From the human T2T-CHM13v2.0 reference genome, Homo sapiens: a DNA stretch of 64,000 nucleotides. Both the position numbers and the translations under genes were made by a program. The DNA lies in assembly GCF_009914755.1 (NCBI RefSeq), contig NC_060933.1; one strand, given 5' to 3'. The notes below the pieces were generated by a model. It was not told the DNA's origin, searched no databases, and saw only the letters and a list, made by a program, of their open reading frames with translations. This document shows, piece after piece, positions 1 through 14,369 of this stretch (position 1 is its first letter; each line of letters starts with the position of its first letter).

Positions 1-116
1 CCCCTTTCAATGTCAGTAGGTAATAGGAATTTTTTAGCTCCTTTATAATCTTATGATACCACCTTTGTGTATGTGGTCTGTCATTGACTGAAGTGTCGTT
101 ATGTGGTACGTGACTG
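1..116. mobile_element. Tigger3/Golem-type TcMar DNA transposon end
   Basis: Resembles the TIR ...ttataatcttatgggaccacc...cgttatgcggcgcatgactg, followed by TA. Confidence 0.75.
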
Positions 117-1040
117 TATTTATTGAGTGGATGGTCAATTGTATGAGGTACTTGAATAATGAGTGGTGTGAACCTTGGTTTTATGACATCTTCTGAGAGC
201 TGCTTTCAGGTGGGTATAAGAAGAGATATTTCTAGTCTAGGTCCCCACTCCTTTTCTTAGTTCCTGCTTAGTGGAGGTGTTAGAAAAAAAGGTTGGACTC
301 TGGCACTATTTTCCTCCATTGGTTATATGGACTCAAAGCCATAACTTAAGGAAGAATGTCTATTTTTAGATTTGGTGACTGATTTAGATAGGTTGCTACA
401 GAAAGTGGTACAAAGATATTTCACACATAGAATATCAAATCCAGGGTGCTTTAGCACTGCATTCCAATGGCCTGGGATGGATGGGTGGAAGCCCTGGCAA
501 GCTGAAATAAACCAGGGCAAGCTCCTCTTTGGAATTCACAAGTCTGACAACTGGTGACTCAGGCTCTAGTCAGGAGACCTGAATGTTACGTCTGGCATCA
601 CGATACCTTAGTTTACAGAGATTAATCTAACAGGCCTTCAGTTAGTTTGCTTTATTTTAAAATTCTGCTTAGCTTTTTGTTGCCTACTAAATTTCTCCTG
701 ATGTATATTTAGATGTAGGTGAAGGCTGTAGATGTATGCACTACCAACACCAGCTTCTGGGAGGGAACATTTTCCCACTCACAAGCAAGTGAACTTTGCT
801 TTCTCCATGAAGAAGAATGACCTGCATGATGGCTTTCAGAAGTGGAGAACATGGCTCACAGTTCCCTCCACAGTTCCTCCATGGCCTTTGGTTGCATCTT
901 CTCTGAATGGAGGAGCTTGGGTTATGTGAAAAGCAGAGCTACCAGACTACATAAATGTTTTAGTGAGAAGGCAGCAAATTAAAATATCAGAAATTTTGAA
1001 AGGAAAGGTTTATAATAGTTAGATTTAAAACATACTTTGA

Positions 1041-1178
1041 GGCCAGGCAGCGTGGCTTACGCCAGTAATCCCAGCACTTTGGGAGGCCAAGGCGGGAGGA
1101 TTGCTTGAGGGCAGGTGTTCGAGACTAGCCTGCACTACATAACAAGACCTTGTCCTGTCTCTATTAAAAAAAAAAAAA
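1041..1178 (+). mobile_element. Alu left monomer (FLAM-like)
   Basis: GGCCAGGC...TAATCCCAGCACTTTGGGAGG, a single monomer, then an A tail. Confidence 0.85.
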
Positions 1179-1499
1179 GGAAGGAAAGGGAAGAAAAAGT
1201 GCTTTAATATTCAGAGGCATGAGAGATGCAATGAGTAATATAGGACCTTCTCTAAGGACACTGGGGGAGCACTCTACAGAGGTGGTTCTAATCTAGCCTG
1301 GCAAATCTCTGTTCCCTTCATGCCTTGTACTTCCTTCTTCTTTGTGACTTTGCTAATGTTATTCCTTCCTCTTGGACAAATTTCCTATACTAACCAAAAG
1401 GCCCCAAGACACAGGGGGAAATGTGGTAAATCTGAGACTGGAAGGAAATTACCATCTAATGTCACTCTTGTACAGTATAACTATTGTTAATATTATTGC

Positions 1500-2090
1500 T
1501 GGGGTCACTCATTTATTCATATCACAAACACTGACTGAGTGCCTATTATTTGCCAAGCATGGGCAATAAAGAGTTGAAGACCAACAAAGCCCCTGCCTTC
1601 CCAGAAGCTTATTTGCTTGTGGGGAAAATAAACAGTGGATCAATTAACAAATAAGTAGATAACATAATGTCACGGCCAGGCGTGGTGGCCTCATGCTGGT
1701 AATCCCAGCACTTTGGAAGACTGAGGTGGGAGGATCACTTAGGCCCAGGAGTTTGAGACCAGCCTGGGCAGCATAGGGAAATCCCATCTCTACCAAAACA
1801 AAACAAAACAAAACAAAACAAAACAAACAATAAACGAAACACATGGTGGCGTGTGCCTGTAGTCCCAGCTACTCAGGAGGCTGAGGTGGGAGGATCACTT
1901 GAGCCCAGGACACAGAGGTTGCAGTGAGCCAACATCTCCCCACTGCACTCCAGCCCGGGTGACAGGGTGAGACCCTGTCTCAAAACAAACAAACAAACAA
2001 AACAACCAAAAACCAAAAAAAGTAATGTCAGATGGTGACTGTTTTGAGGAAAATAAAGCAGGGTAGGGGAACTAGTGATAACTGGTAGAT
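1500..2090 (-). mobile_element. L2 3' end fragment, interrupted by AluJ
   Basis: cactcatttattca...ctgagtgcctatt...aaagcccctgcc...ggaaaataaagcagggtag pattern. Confidence 0.6.
1674..2021 (+). mobile_element. AluJ with (CAAAA)n expansion in the middle linker
   Basis: Dimeric Alu with J-type features, flanked by TAATGTCA repeats (TSD). Confidence 0.9.
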
Positions 2091-3044
2091 TTGGGTTTCT
2101 CCATCTCTGGCTGCTTTTGCATCCTCAGTAAGGTGAGAGTGGCAAAGGAAATTCCAGGTTGACTTTCGGGTTCAGTGAATTTTCTACCCCGTGTCTCTTC
2201 ACTGCCCTTTCCCTCCCCAGAACCTCTAAAATCTGATCCTTAGATTCTGCAATGTAAGTCAGCTTCCTTCTTCCTGGTTGCCAGCTCACTACATTCTTAT
2301 TCCTGGATAAACCAAAAATCTCTTCCTTGTTTTCATATTTTCAAAAAGATGTAGAAATCTCTCACCTGCTCATGTTCCTTCCTTTTTGTCTTGTTGGTAT
2401 ATATACCTTTTACAATTCTTTCACTACCAAATGTAGTTGGATATTGGGATGTAGTCACAACAAACACATAAATACAATTCACCATTTTTAAATGGACTTA
2501 TTCATTTAGTCTGCTTAAAATTGAGATAATAACACACGCACCAGTTGGGTTTCTCTGAGAACTCTGGGCATTTTTAATCCTGGCAATTTTTAAATTGCTT
2601 AGCAGTAAAACAGTCAGACAACAGCACCTATTGTTATAAATCCCTGCCTCTTCTTACCTCAATGAGGCTATCCTTTCTCTCTATCAATTCTGTCAGCAGA
2701 ATTAAGAAGAGCCATTGATTTCCAGTTTGTTCAGCGTTTTTCTTCTTAGGATGGGAGTGATGACTTCTAACCTCTTTACATCTAGAGACTCAATTTAAGT
2801 CTACTTCTTTCATTCAGCCTTCTCTCTTCATTTTCAGCTGCCTGGAATGTCTTCTTTCTCTCAGTTCCTATCTTTGACATTAAAAATCACAGTACTTAGT
2901 TATATTCTACCTCACACCAATCATTTTACTTGTTAATATCTTTTTTCCTAGTTAGATTGTGACATTTTGGAATAAAAGAAAAATATCCTTTTTTACTTTA
3001 TAGCTCTCCAGATTTCATTAGATTAGTATAGATTCGAGTGCCTT

Positions 3045-3270
3045 TTATATATCAGGCAATGCCTAGTGTATAATATTTTTACTTATGGGTTTTAGCATTT
3101 AACTTATTTAATGATCACAACATTCCTATGATGTTATTTGTTTTCATAATTTGTTGAAATGAAAGCTGATGGTCAGAAAGGTTAAAAAGTTGTCTGGTCA
3201 TAATTTTTGAGGAGGCAGAGCTAGGTTTTGAACGCAGGTCTGTCTGATTCTGAGAATAATCCTGTGCTCC
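3045..3270. mobile_element. MIR (degenerate)
   Basis: ggcagagctagg...gaacgcaggtctgtctgattc core. Confidence 0.55.
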
Positions 3271-3879
3271 TTCAGCTGAACCACACAGCCCCTCTTAGTG
3301 CTTTGTCTCCATAGACACTAAGTGTATTCTTGTTGATTGAGTGAATTAACGAGTGAATTATCTGGAGCTCTTTCTGCTTCTGTTTTCTTCTCTGTACAAT
3401 GAGGATCATCACATGAACCTGATCTAAGAATAGAATAGTCCAACTGAGTTCCCTTAATTTGGTAACCAAGAGAGAGTAGAGTTAATTAACTAGAACCCTT
3501 TGCCATCACTTCTCTCTAAACTTTTCATCATTTTCCTCTAAAAGTCCGGTCCTGAGCTCTATTACAAGATAGAACATTTTAGCCTCTATCGAAGAGAGCA
3601 CTATTAATATTTTATGGCATTGGCTCCTTTTTTCCTAATACTGTGGGATTAAAATAATGTTTACTAAATTCTGGATGTTCGATTCCTGTTTTTTCATGAT
3701 ATTTTATAATCCAGGCCTTCTTCATAGAGACACAGGGCTATGTTTTATAACTGCCAGGGTCAAGCAAAGAACAGCTTGTGTGAGATACTTAAAGAAATAG
3801 CTAAGCAGTAACTTCAGACCTTCTGTATATTTTCCTCAAAATTTTCTCTCAGTTTTTGTCTCCCTACAACTCATTTTTA

Positions 3880-4222
<343 letters not shown>

Positions 4223-5852
4223 TGTACTATAATAATTTACAAAGTACAGAAAATATCTAAAGGAAAAGAAATAACATCTCACAACCTCATCATCTAGATA
4301 TGACTGCAAAAATTTTGGCATATTTCATTTCAGCTTTTAATTAATTTATTTTTGCAGAAGACATTTATTTCAGATATTCTAACTTTATAATCTGTAGAAT
4401 TTTAATGATATTTTTGTATGACATCTATCATAAACATTTCTGCATGTCATTGAAATATTTATAAATGTTATTTTTATTTAAACAATGCATAATTGATATA
4501 ACCCTTCTCTTAAAATTGGTGATTTCACATACCTGGGGATGAGCCGATGTGAAACAAAAGAGAAAGGGTAAGAGATAGCTAGTCTCTTGACTCATTTTTT
4601 TTTTTCCATATGACTTGAAAAAAAGAACTTATCTTAGAGACCTCTAGAATAGTTAGCACAAATAGATTTCTCAATGTGGTTAAGATGAAATACAGATACT
4701 GAATTTACTCTTTTATGTGAAATAAATAAAAACTGGATAAGATATATATAGCAACAGTTTTCAAGACATTATACCTCAGACAACAAAGGATAATGACCTC
4801 TGAGAGAGGGAAAACAAATTAGGTGAGCCTGTGATTGCCCCAGTTTACTGCCTGGAGAGAGATTCCAGGCCAGGGTGCAGAGAGAAGGGTTGCGAATGGA
4901 AACTATTGCTCTTTCTGAGTTAAGGAGAGAGACCTGAAAGTCTGCAGGTACAAAGATAGCTGCAATTCATGAGAAAGAGTTCCAGAGAAAAGAAAACTGA
5001 ACAGAGAGTGAGCTCTGGATTTCTGTAGTGTTCCTGCTGACTCTTCTGCTGAATCATGATCAGTGCATGTGTGTGGCTGGAGAAAGAACCTCTGAAAAGG
5101 TTTAGAGGGACAAATCCTTAGAATCACATAGGCCTGGGAATAGCTCCTCTTTCCACCAGAAAGAGTATAAAAACCATGAAATTCATGGGACATTAGGTAG
5201 AGTACTTAGAAGGGTTTTGCTTCAGCAGTGAGAAAAAATTAGTCCTAGACCAAATGTTGCTCTGATCCTAACAAAACTTAAAAAATGAGACCCTAAAGGA
5301 TAAAACTGTTTCCAGGTAACTTAAATATATACCAGAACAAAGCCGAAGACTATAGGAATATGAAAATATCTAGCAGTCAGTAAGGTAAAATTCATAATGT
5401 CTAATATGCAACCAAATATTACCATGAATATAAAGAAGCATGAAAATAAATACCCATAATTCCAAGAAAAATCAATTATACATAATTGCCCCATCAATGA
5501 CACAGATGATGTAATTAGTAAACAAAGAGCTAATTATAACTGCCAACTCTAGCCATTACACATGTTCAAGTGGCTAGAGGAAAGATCAAATCACGACACA
5601 GAAGAAATAAAAAGACAATAAAATATGTACAGATGAAAATTACAATATCTGAGATGAAGCATAAGCGAGATGGGATTCGCAGCAGATTAGATATAGAAGA
5701 AGGATTAATGAACATCAAAACATGTATGACAACAGTAGTATAAAGTCTGTAAGAAAAGAAATGGAAACATACTGGTATAAGGTTTTACACTATGTATGAA
5801 ATGGTGTAGTATCACTTGAAGAGAGACTGTGACTAAAGACCACTGTAACCTC

Positions 5853-6367
5853 TTAGGGAAAGAAAAATATCTTTTTCTACCCATCCTGGGTTCACAGCTG
5901 AGGCCACTATAACAAAAAACAGATTAATAACACAGAAGCATACACATTTACTTAATATAAGTGTTATGTGACACAGTAGCCATCATAAGGAAAGAAGACT
6001 CAAAGAAACAGATCTGAGTATTTTTATAGTAGGTTTGATGAAGAATGGATAGTCATGGAGAAATATAATGGGGCATATAATACAATGGGGTTATGATCTA
6101 ATGGTAGTAAACTGGGGGAAATTTAGCTGGGTTTGCTTGTTCAGATTTTTCTCCTTGACCTTTTGTCGTGAGAGACAAGGATGTTTCTTTTCTCTGGGTA
6201 TAGGGAGGGCACCTCTCACATGAGGGACTTATGATCTGCTTCAGAGAAGTGCCAGGGAAGAACAGAGTGACCGTCCTGCTTCTGCAGTTTTCTCAAATTC
6301 ATACAGCTTAAAATATTTAACATGCTAAGGTGTTACATTTTGGGGTAGTATATCTTGATACCCATCA
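5853..6367 (-). mobile_element. ERV1 MER4-group solo LTR (MER31/MER34-like)
   Basis: Reverse complement begins TGATGGG...TACCCCAAAAT...AAGCTG...GAGAGGTGCCCTCCCTATACCC. Confidence 0.75.
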
Positions 6368-6528
6368 CCTGAAACCAACCACTTTATAATAGTAACACAA
6401 AGAGTTGTACATAATATACCATAAAGGTGGTAAAATGGAATCATTGGAAAAGTCAATTCATCCAAAAGAAGGCTGAAAGAGGAAAGCAAAAACAAAGAAG
6501 AGATGGGAGAAATAAAAATTAAATGGTA

Positions 6529-6617
6529 GGGACATGAGCATCCATTAATTTTGGTATACAGGAGGGGCTTGAGGGGTGTCCTGGAATCAATCCCCCTCAG
6601 ATACCAAAGGATGACTG
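6529..6617. mobile_element. MER2 (TcMar-Tigger) terminal fragment, carried inside an orphan insert
   Basis: gagcatcc...ttttggtat...gtcctggaatcaatcccc...gatacc...gactg followed by TA. Confidence 0.75.
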
Positions 6618-7293
6618 TATATTTTTTAAATTAAGAGACTTTCATTCTTTAAATATTCTTGACTTACAGTTTTTTAAAAAGAAAAAAAATCAAAGCATAG
6701 TATAGTTGTTAAATCATTTTAATAGTATATTCAGTGGCTGAAATGACAGGGAGTATCAATCATTATTTATTCAATATAAAGTTATCCTTACTGAAAAAAT
6801 AAGATATAACTGGGAAATATGCTTGGATCCCTCACACATCCACTTAATTTCTTAAAGGAAGAAAGATGAAACACATGTAAGAACAGAAACAAATAAACCA
6901 TTTACTGTAACATTCCAGGAATTGTGGGATCCTTTTCTTCCCAAGTTTATTTATTTGCTTATCTTTATCTCCTAGTGGTAGTTTGTTTCCTTTGGTAGAA
7001 TATATGGCAGTCCCACATTGGTGACACCTGGTGCTCCCTTCATCCAACTGGATCACTTTGAGATTCAGTTTTACACCTTTTTAGCATTTTCTTTGTGTTC
7101 ATATATCAGTTATGATGAGCCACTGATAATATTTTGTTCTAAAACGAAACATATTACTTAGTACTTTTTTTATTGTCTCGCTGACTTTTAAAATTTGAGT
7201 GATGTACAGACTTTGTTTTTTTAATGAAATATAAATATTTTCTCATGGTTTCTAAATTCCTTATAAAATTAAATTAATTCAATCTGCAAAAAT
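6529..7293 (+). pseudogene. Probable 5'-truncated retrocopy or orphan transduction of a non-coding (3'UTR-like) RNA end
   Basis: ATTAAATGGTA direct repeats at 6518-6528 and 7294-7304. ATTAAA at 7268-73, then CA and a short A run. The host L1M resumes after the insert. Confidence 0.6.
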
Positions 7294-7646
7294 ATTAAAT
7301 GGTAAGAGAATAAACTCATCACTTAGATGTTCATATTAAATGTAAATGGCCTAAATACCCCAATTAAAAGTTAAAAATGGTCTAATTGAATAAAATACCC
7401 ATATCCAACTATATCTTGCCTATAAGAAAATATTGCCACTTGCAGTATAAAAATACAAATAGGTAAAAGATAAAAGGATGGAAAAAGACATACTATTTTA
7501 AACTAATAAAATATTAATTAATTAATTAGTCAGATTTCAGGACCTTTTTCTGAATAATTGATAGAATAAACAGACAAAAATATCAGTAAGGATACAGAAA
7601 ACCTCCAAAATATTATCAATCACCTTGAATTAATTAATATTTATGG

Positions 7647-7724
7647 GGCCAGGCTTGGGGCTCATGCCTGTAATTCCAGCACTTTGGCAGGCCTTGAGCT
7701 CAGGAATTCGAGACAAGCCTGGGC

Positions 7725-7768
<44 letters not shown>

Positions 7769-7792
7769 TATATATATATGCACACACACACA
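7647..7792 (+). repeat. Alu monomer fragment followed by (CA)n/(TA)n microsatellite
   Basis: GGCCAGGC...CAGCACTTTGG...CTGGGCAA, then a CA repeat from about 7727. Confidence 0.85.
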
Positions 7793-9435
7793 TCAGCTAA
7801 AAGCAGCAGAATACACATTTTCTTCAAGAGAACACAGAATATTTAGCATGATATGCTATATTCTAGGCCATAAATAAATCTCAACAGACTTAAAATAATT
7901 CAGCTAATACAAAGTATATTCTGTAACTACAGTGGAATTAAGTTTGAAATTAATAGCAAAAGATATCTGGCAAATCCCCAAATATTTGGTAACTAATATC
8001 ATACTTCTAAATGACCCAGGGTCAAATAAGAAATCAAAATAGAAATTTGAAAGTGTTTGAACTAAATTAAACACACATTTCAAAACTTTTGAGATGCAAC
8101 AACAGCAGTATTTAGAGGAAAATTTATAATAGTATAGACCTATATTAGAAAAGAAGATCTCAAGCCAGTGATCTCAGTTTCTACCTGAAGAAACTAGAAA
8201 AACAAAACAAATAAATCCAAAATAAGCAGAAGAAAGTAAGTATTAAAGACCAGAGCTGAAATCAATAAAGTAGAAAACAGAAAAACAAAACAAAACAAAA
8301 TTTAATAACACCCAAAACTTGTTATTATACAGATCAGTAAGATTGATAAACCACTGGTCAAGACTGATTAGGAATTTATCAAGAAGAAACGATTTCCTTT
8401 TTTTCATACTGTATATGTAGCACCCAAAAATAAATAACTTTAGTATAACATTTATTCATCTAATACAGAAGACAGAAATGAGAAAAGTGGCATCATTACA
8501 AATTCTACAGATAGTAAAAGAACAATAAGATAATATGATAAAAAACTCAGGCCAATAAATTTGACAACTTAGATAAATTGCACAAATTACTTATATGACA
8601 CAATCTACCAAAGTTCATTCAGGAAGAAATTGATAATCTTAGTAGCTGTATATCTATTAAAGAAATTAAGTTGATAGTTAAAAATTATCCTACAAAACGT
8701 ATTCCAAGCTCTGACTGTTTCCCTAGAGAATTGTACCCAATATTTAAGGAGAAAGTAATTCTAATTCTGCGTAAACTTTTCTAGGAAATTGAAGAGGAGG
8801 AAATATTTCCCAACTCTCCCTGAGGCCAGTGCTACTCTATCCAAAACCAGAAAAAGACATTCCAAGAAAACAAAACTACAGACCACTGTATGCAAGAAGC
8901 AATCGGAAATTAAAAATTGTAAAATATCATTTAAAATATCAGAAAAAGTAATTATGAAGTACTTAGGAACAAACCTGACAAAAGTGGCTCAAGATTTGAA
9001 CACTGAAAACTATAAAACATTGCTGTAAGAAATTAAAGAGGGCAGAAATAAATGGAAACCTCATTTGTGAATTAGATAAATTTAACACTGTGAAGATATT
9101 AATTTTCCTTAAATTGGTCTATAATTCAACAGAATCTCAATCAATACCTCAATAGGCTTTTAAAAATGCTTGCAAAATTTGACAAGCTAATCCTAAAATT
9201 TATATGAAAATGCAAAGGACCTACAAGAGGCAAACTATCTTTGAAAAAGAAGAGTAAGTTTGGAAGACATATACTTGCCCTCAGAGCTCATTATAAAGCT
9301 ACAGTAATCAAGACAGTGTGAGACTGAAATAAAGATAGACAAAGAAAGACAATTTCTAGGTCATGAGAGTTATGTTTCCTAAAGGAAGGCAGCAGATGCT
9401 TATTAACTTTCCCCGTGCCCTCAGGATGCCTTAAA

Positions 9436-9611
9436 CAGTGGTTGCCAACCACTAGCAGCTTTAGCACCACTTGGAAGCTTTTTAGAAAAGCTAATTACTG
9501 GGCCCATCCCAGACCTACTGAACCAGAATCTCTGTGGGCAAAGCCCAGGAATCTGTGTTTTCACAAGCTCTCCAGGTGATAATGATGTCCATTAAAGTTT
9601 GAGATCCATTG
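9436..9611. mobile_element. MER5A (hAT-Charlie)
   Basis: CAGTGGTT...cccagacctactgaaccagaatct...aagtttgagatccattg. Confidence 0.85.
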
Positions 9612-11329
9612 CCTTGGCCTTTCCCTGCTAGAAATCCTCCAGGATTTGGGAGACAGGGGAAGAGGTCTGGAGAGAGTGGCAGAATTCAACACCACAGAAT
9701 GAAGAGGAAAATTGATGGTCTTTGTCCATGGAATCCATTAAAATATACTCTCATTGCTGCCAGGCTGAGCTGATGAATAAAAAATAAGCTAATCTCAAAT
9801 CAAGCCATCAGGCTATTGATGATAATTGTGTTTTAGGGTGAGCAAACAGCTTTACCAAGCTCACACAGTTGAGACAATTTGTTGTTTGGAACTATCTTAC
9901 TGTAAGATCCTTAAGAAGAATGCAGAAGTATGAAAATAAATCCAGGACTCAGAAATCTTTCAACTAAATCTTTAAAATTCTCTCTCTCATGCACACACAC
10001 ACATATGCACACATACACATATAGTAAGATTTCATGACACATGAGACAGGATGTGAAGCTGAACAGTTCGATGAATGCCTGAGTGGTAAGATCACCTTGA
10101 AGAACCAGAAGTGAGGGTCTATTCTAGCTGGGTATGAGCTACAAACTCATTTCTTGGGGAACACATGAACACATCGGGGAGGCTAAGTAGCTTCTGAGGC
10201 TACTAATAGAATTTCAGTCATTTCTCCTGTCATCTGAAAAATATATGATATTGAATTTCTAAAAATGGGTTTAGTGTAGTCTAGTCTTACTGTCTAAAAC
10301 TAAGATGTGGCTTATTCCAATAACCAAAGTGATTCCATCCCATGTGAGGGAAAAAAAGGATAATGGTGAATTAAAAGCACCTGCGTGTATTTGTTGCTCC
10401 TTTAGAGGAGTCTCTCTTCATCAACGTTAACTTTCTTTCCTACTTTTGATCTGGCTGCTAAAAGTCTAGGTTTAGATCTCAAACCATTGTCCTTCTCTGC
10501 ATGATGTAATAGTTACAATTACAGTCTCAACCCTCTGGCATTTAATGAAGATGAAATTGATTTCTTTAGACTGAAAACAAAAAAATCACTTACAATCAGG
10601 ATACTGAATATGGTAGCAAGTACAAGGTCCCAGCTTCTAGTAGACTTGGCAGACTGTCAAGCTCTTACTAAGTGACCCCACCCCATGCCTTTTTGTCTTT
10701 TCTGTTGCCACACAATTACAATAATTTGTTCTCTGAATGCCAGAGTACTGACAAGGAAAGGAATTCTGAAGCTGGCTGAGAGAAGTCGTGTAAATCTCCC
10801 AATCTAGGCTCCATTGACTCTTGTCTCTTTCTTTGTATGGAACTGATTTTATAATTTCTGTGGCAATGAAAGACTAGTACCCAAAATGACTGCTGGTCCT
10901 TTGTTTATTGATCAATCTGAGCATGGACTAGAATTCATCCTCCAATTGGTAACAAGAAAAAATTGGATGGGGAAGCATACCATTGGCTAAGGCAGCACAG
11001 CAAGTTTGAATTTGGCTGCCTCTTCTTTCAATATTGGTTGACATCATCAAGAGCAGACATTGGCGTTGGAGTTAAGAGTATCAAGAGAGTTAATAAATAC
11101 CAATTTAGGGTAATATTTTATGCCTAGTCTTTATCTTTTGGTGAAGTGGTTTCTAATATCATCTCAGACTAAATCTTATGGGATATTTCTACTTGTAGAT
11201 GCTAAGGTATTAAGAAAAAGCTCAAAGTAGTTGTGTTTTCCTTATCTTCCTAAAAGTTTAGATTAAAGATGCCAAAAATTTGTGTGTTGGTATGTGTCAA
11301 AGCATTTGAATGCCCTTGTAGACTATTAA

Positions 11330-11550
11330 AACCTTTGTTCTGTACCAGGCACTGTATTGAGTATATTGCATGTATTTATTATTATATTTAGTTCTCACAG
11401 CAACCGTACACAATAATTACAATTCCTTCCTTTCACTAAGGCATAGGGAGTTTAAATAAATTAGCCACAGTACAGGATGGCATAAAACTGTAGCAGAGCC
11501 AAAACTCAAACATGTCTCTGTCTGACTCAAAAACATAGGCTCATTCTCCT
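11330..11550. mobile_element. MIR
   Basis: ccaggcactgt...ctcacagcaacc...agcagagcc...tctgtctgactc. Confidence 0.55.
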
Positions 11551-11998
11551 AGAGCCAGGCAACAACCTGAAAGCTCTTGAGTTGACTTTTCTAGTTCTGT
11601 GGATGAATGCAATCATCTCAGGACCCAGATAAACAGAAGTCCTTCTTTCTTATTCGTATTTCTCAGTACTAGGCCAGTCAGGACAAACTCTGTTCTCCAT
11701 GGCCGTGATCTTGAAGAAATTGAGATTTCATCCAAAGGAAATCAGGTATTGAAACGTGTGTTTATGTGTATTGATTAATCTTCTGCCTGTTTCTGGAAAC
11801 ATTTGAAGAAATATAACAAAAAGCAAATATCCTGAAACTGCCTAATGAACCTGATCTCTCTCTCTGTCTTTCCCTTTCTCTCTCATAGGTCTTTTGCCTG
11901 TATTTCTCTGGTGGAATTTACTAAATAATTATATCAGGTGTCTTCTTATTGTACTTGACTGCTTTCATCAAGGTAATCTTGAGGACAGAGACTTCCTT

Positions 11999-12028
11999 TG
12001 TTAGCCAGGGCACTCTAGGGGAACAGAA

Positions 12029-12068
<40 letters not shown>

Positions 12069-12428
12069 AACTGGTTCATGGAGGCTAAAAAGTCTCAAAA
12101 TCTGCAGGCCAAAGGCTTGAGAACCCGGAGTCCTCATTGTGTAAGTTCCACTCAGAGTCTGAAGAGGGGAGAAGACAGATGTCCCAGCTCAGAGACCTTT
12201 AGGCAGAGAGAGAAAATTCTGTCTTGCTCAGCCTTTGGTTCTTTTCAGGCCTCCAGTGGATTAGATGAGGCTCACCCACATAGGGGAAGGAGTCTGATTT
12301 CCTCAGTCTACCAATGCAAAGGTTAATCTCATTCAGCAACATCCTCACAGACACACCCAGAATAATCTTTCACCAAATATCTAGGCACTTTGGCCCAGCC
12401 AAATAGACACATAAAATTCACTTCCACA
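11999..12428 (-). mobile_element. MLT2 (ERVL) solo LTR with internal (CA)n at ~12032-12066
   Basis: End motif cctcacagacacacccagaataat...gacacataaaatt...caca. Confidence 0.85.
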
Positions 12429-13019
12429 CTTTCTTACTAATCCGTGCATTCTCTCCAATACAGGGCACCCGGCCTGGCAAGGAGTAAGTGCTCCATATAT
12501 ATTTACTAAATGACAAGAGATGAGATTATCCTTAGACTATGACTCAGATATAGACAATCAATTATTAATACCCTATCATTTTTCCCCACTCTGACAACCC
12601 AAACTGAAAAATGTTGGGATTGCCTTTTTTGACAATATGATTTTCTCTGAATGCAGACTCATGTTTTGACCTTCCCTGTCTGTTCCTGTTTAGTATTCAT
12701 GCTGGCTTAACTCATTGATTGATCAAGTAACCATTGAGCATCTGCCGTGTTAACACTCTGAACAAGATCCTGTAATATGAATGGTGTTTAGCCTGATGAA
12801 TAAAGTGTGGTGTCTGTGCATTCATTTTTATATATTTATTGTTTTTAACCAAACTTTACCCATGTAAAGAATAACATTGATGGCAGGAACTTGAATTTGG
12901 ATCTACGTACATGTTCCATTTCAGACTCACCATGAAATGAGGTGCTTGCATTTTTCATTGCTGATTTTACAATACACTTTCACACCTTTTGGGTAAAATT
13001 TTGCAATCAATGTAACTGA

Positions 13020-13500
13020 GGCAGCATGGTATGAAAGCAACCCTGGAGGTGGAAATAGAAGACTAGAATTTAAATCTTGGTTATGCCACTTATTGGTTGT
13101 ATGATTTTTGTCAAGTCATTTGACCCGTGTCTATTCAGAGTTTCTTTGCTAGAATGAAGGAGTTAACTAGAATTTATTGATCTCAGTAGTCAGTCTCCTC
13201 AGGCACAGATAAATCTTGGATATGTATCCTGAGATAGCTTTCCCATTTCCACATTGAAGACAACATTCTATTTTAGAGCAAAAATGAATTATATTATTTA
13301 AGAATATGAGTTTCAGAATTCAGACTCATGCTTACGGGTTTGAATTCTAGTTCTGCCACTTTCTTACTATGCAGACTTTAGCAAGTCAGTTAATGTTTGT
13401 GAGCCTCAGGTTTCTCACCAGTAAAGCAGTGTGAGTAATAACTATCATATTATATTATTACAAGCATAAAATGAAATAAGAGTACTTGGCACAAAGAAGG
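13020..13500. mobile_element. Two degenerate MIR copies (~13020-13170 and ~13290-13500)
   Basis: ggtttgaattctagttctgccact...gcaagtcagttaa...gagcctcaggtttctc. Confidence 0.55.
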
Positions 13501-14369
13501 ATCTTAATTTTTAGCTTTTTAAAAAAGCTGTATTTGTTTATATGCAGTATGTATATATATATTCTCAATTCTATTATTATAGACTATATTTATTATGTTT
13601 TTCATAAAGTCATTAGTTTCACTCAGGAATTAGTTGACCCTTGTGAGATACATGGTTTGACCACTTTTCACTTTGATGTTCTTCAGAAAATAAGACAATT
13701 AGAAATCTCTGATTGTAATCTTCATGTAAAATATTTTACAGTCATGGCTAAAATGATCCCAGGAGTGGAATCATACACATAAATTCTTTTCTTTATTCTA
13801 ATAATGTTACCTTTAGTGTCTATGCCAAGCAAGTATGTTATGTGTTGAGATAAAAATTCTTAGTATGTTTGTATGTGACATTCCCAACTCCCATCCCACT
13901 GAAGTCTATATTTACCTAGTTTCTTTCTTTTGTTTTCCTCTAACATTCATGCTATTTTAATCAATGTTCTTTCATTTTGAAGCCCCCAATAAGTTTGACC
14001 CCAAAGACTTTCAGTTTGCCCCTGCTATTCATAAGCATACTTATGACAATGCATGTCTCCCATTCTTTTCTCATATTTACACCGATCTTTTTATTGGGAC
14101 AAATGGGTTTGTTTTTTCATGCTTGTGTTTAATATCTCACTGAGTTCAGCATAAGTTATTAAACATAATTTTCTGTTTTCTCTTTCTCCCTCAAGACTTT
14201 CTTTTTCTCTAGACCTTTATTTCCTAACTCCAGAGTATTTGCCCAGGTCTATAGGCCCCTCTCTCTTTTGCTTTCTTACCAACCCATCCACCTTCTTCTG
14301 TTTCCTATTGCCCAACTGGCTTCACTTAAACAAGAGCATTTGTTATTTGTACAGAGTGCAACATATAAT

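Larger units (their letters stand above)
4700..9350 (+). mobile_element. Old L1M remnants (5' region and ORF2 with large internal deletions), interrupted by an LTR, an orphan insert and an Alu fragment
   Basis: ORF2-start motif attaaatgtaaatggcctaaataccccaattaaaag near 7335. L1-like peptide KYLGTNLTKVAQDLNTENYKTLL in ORF 8789..9028. Confidence 0.8.
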
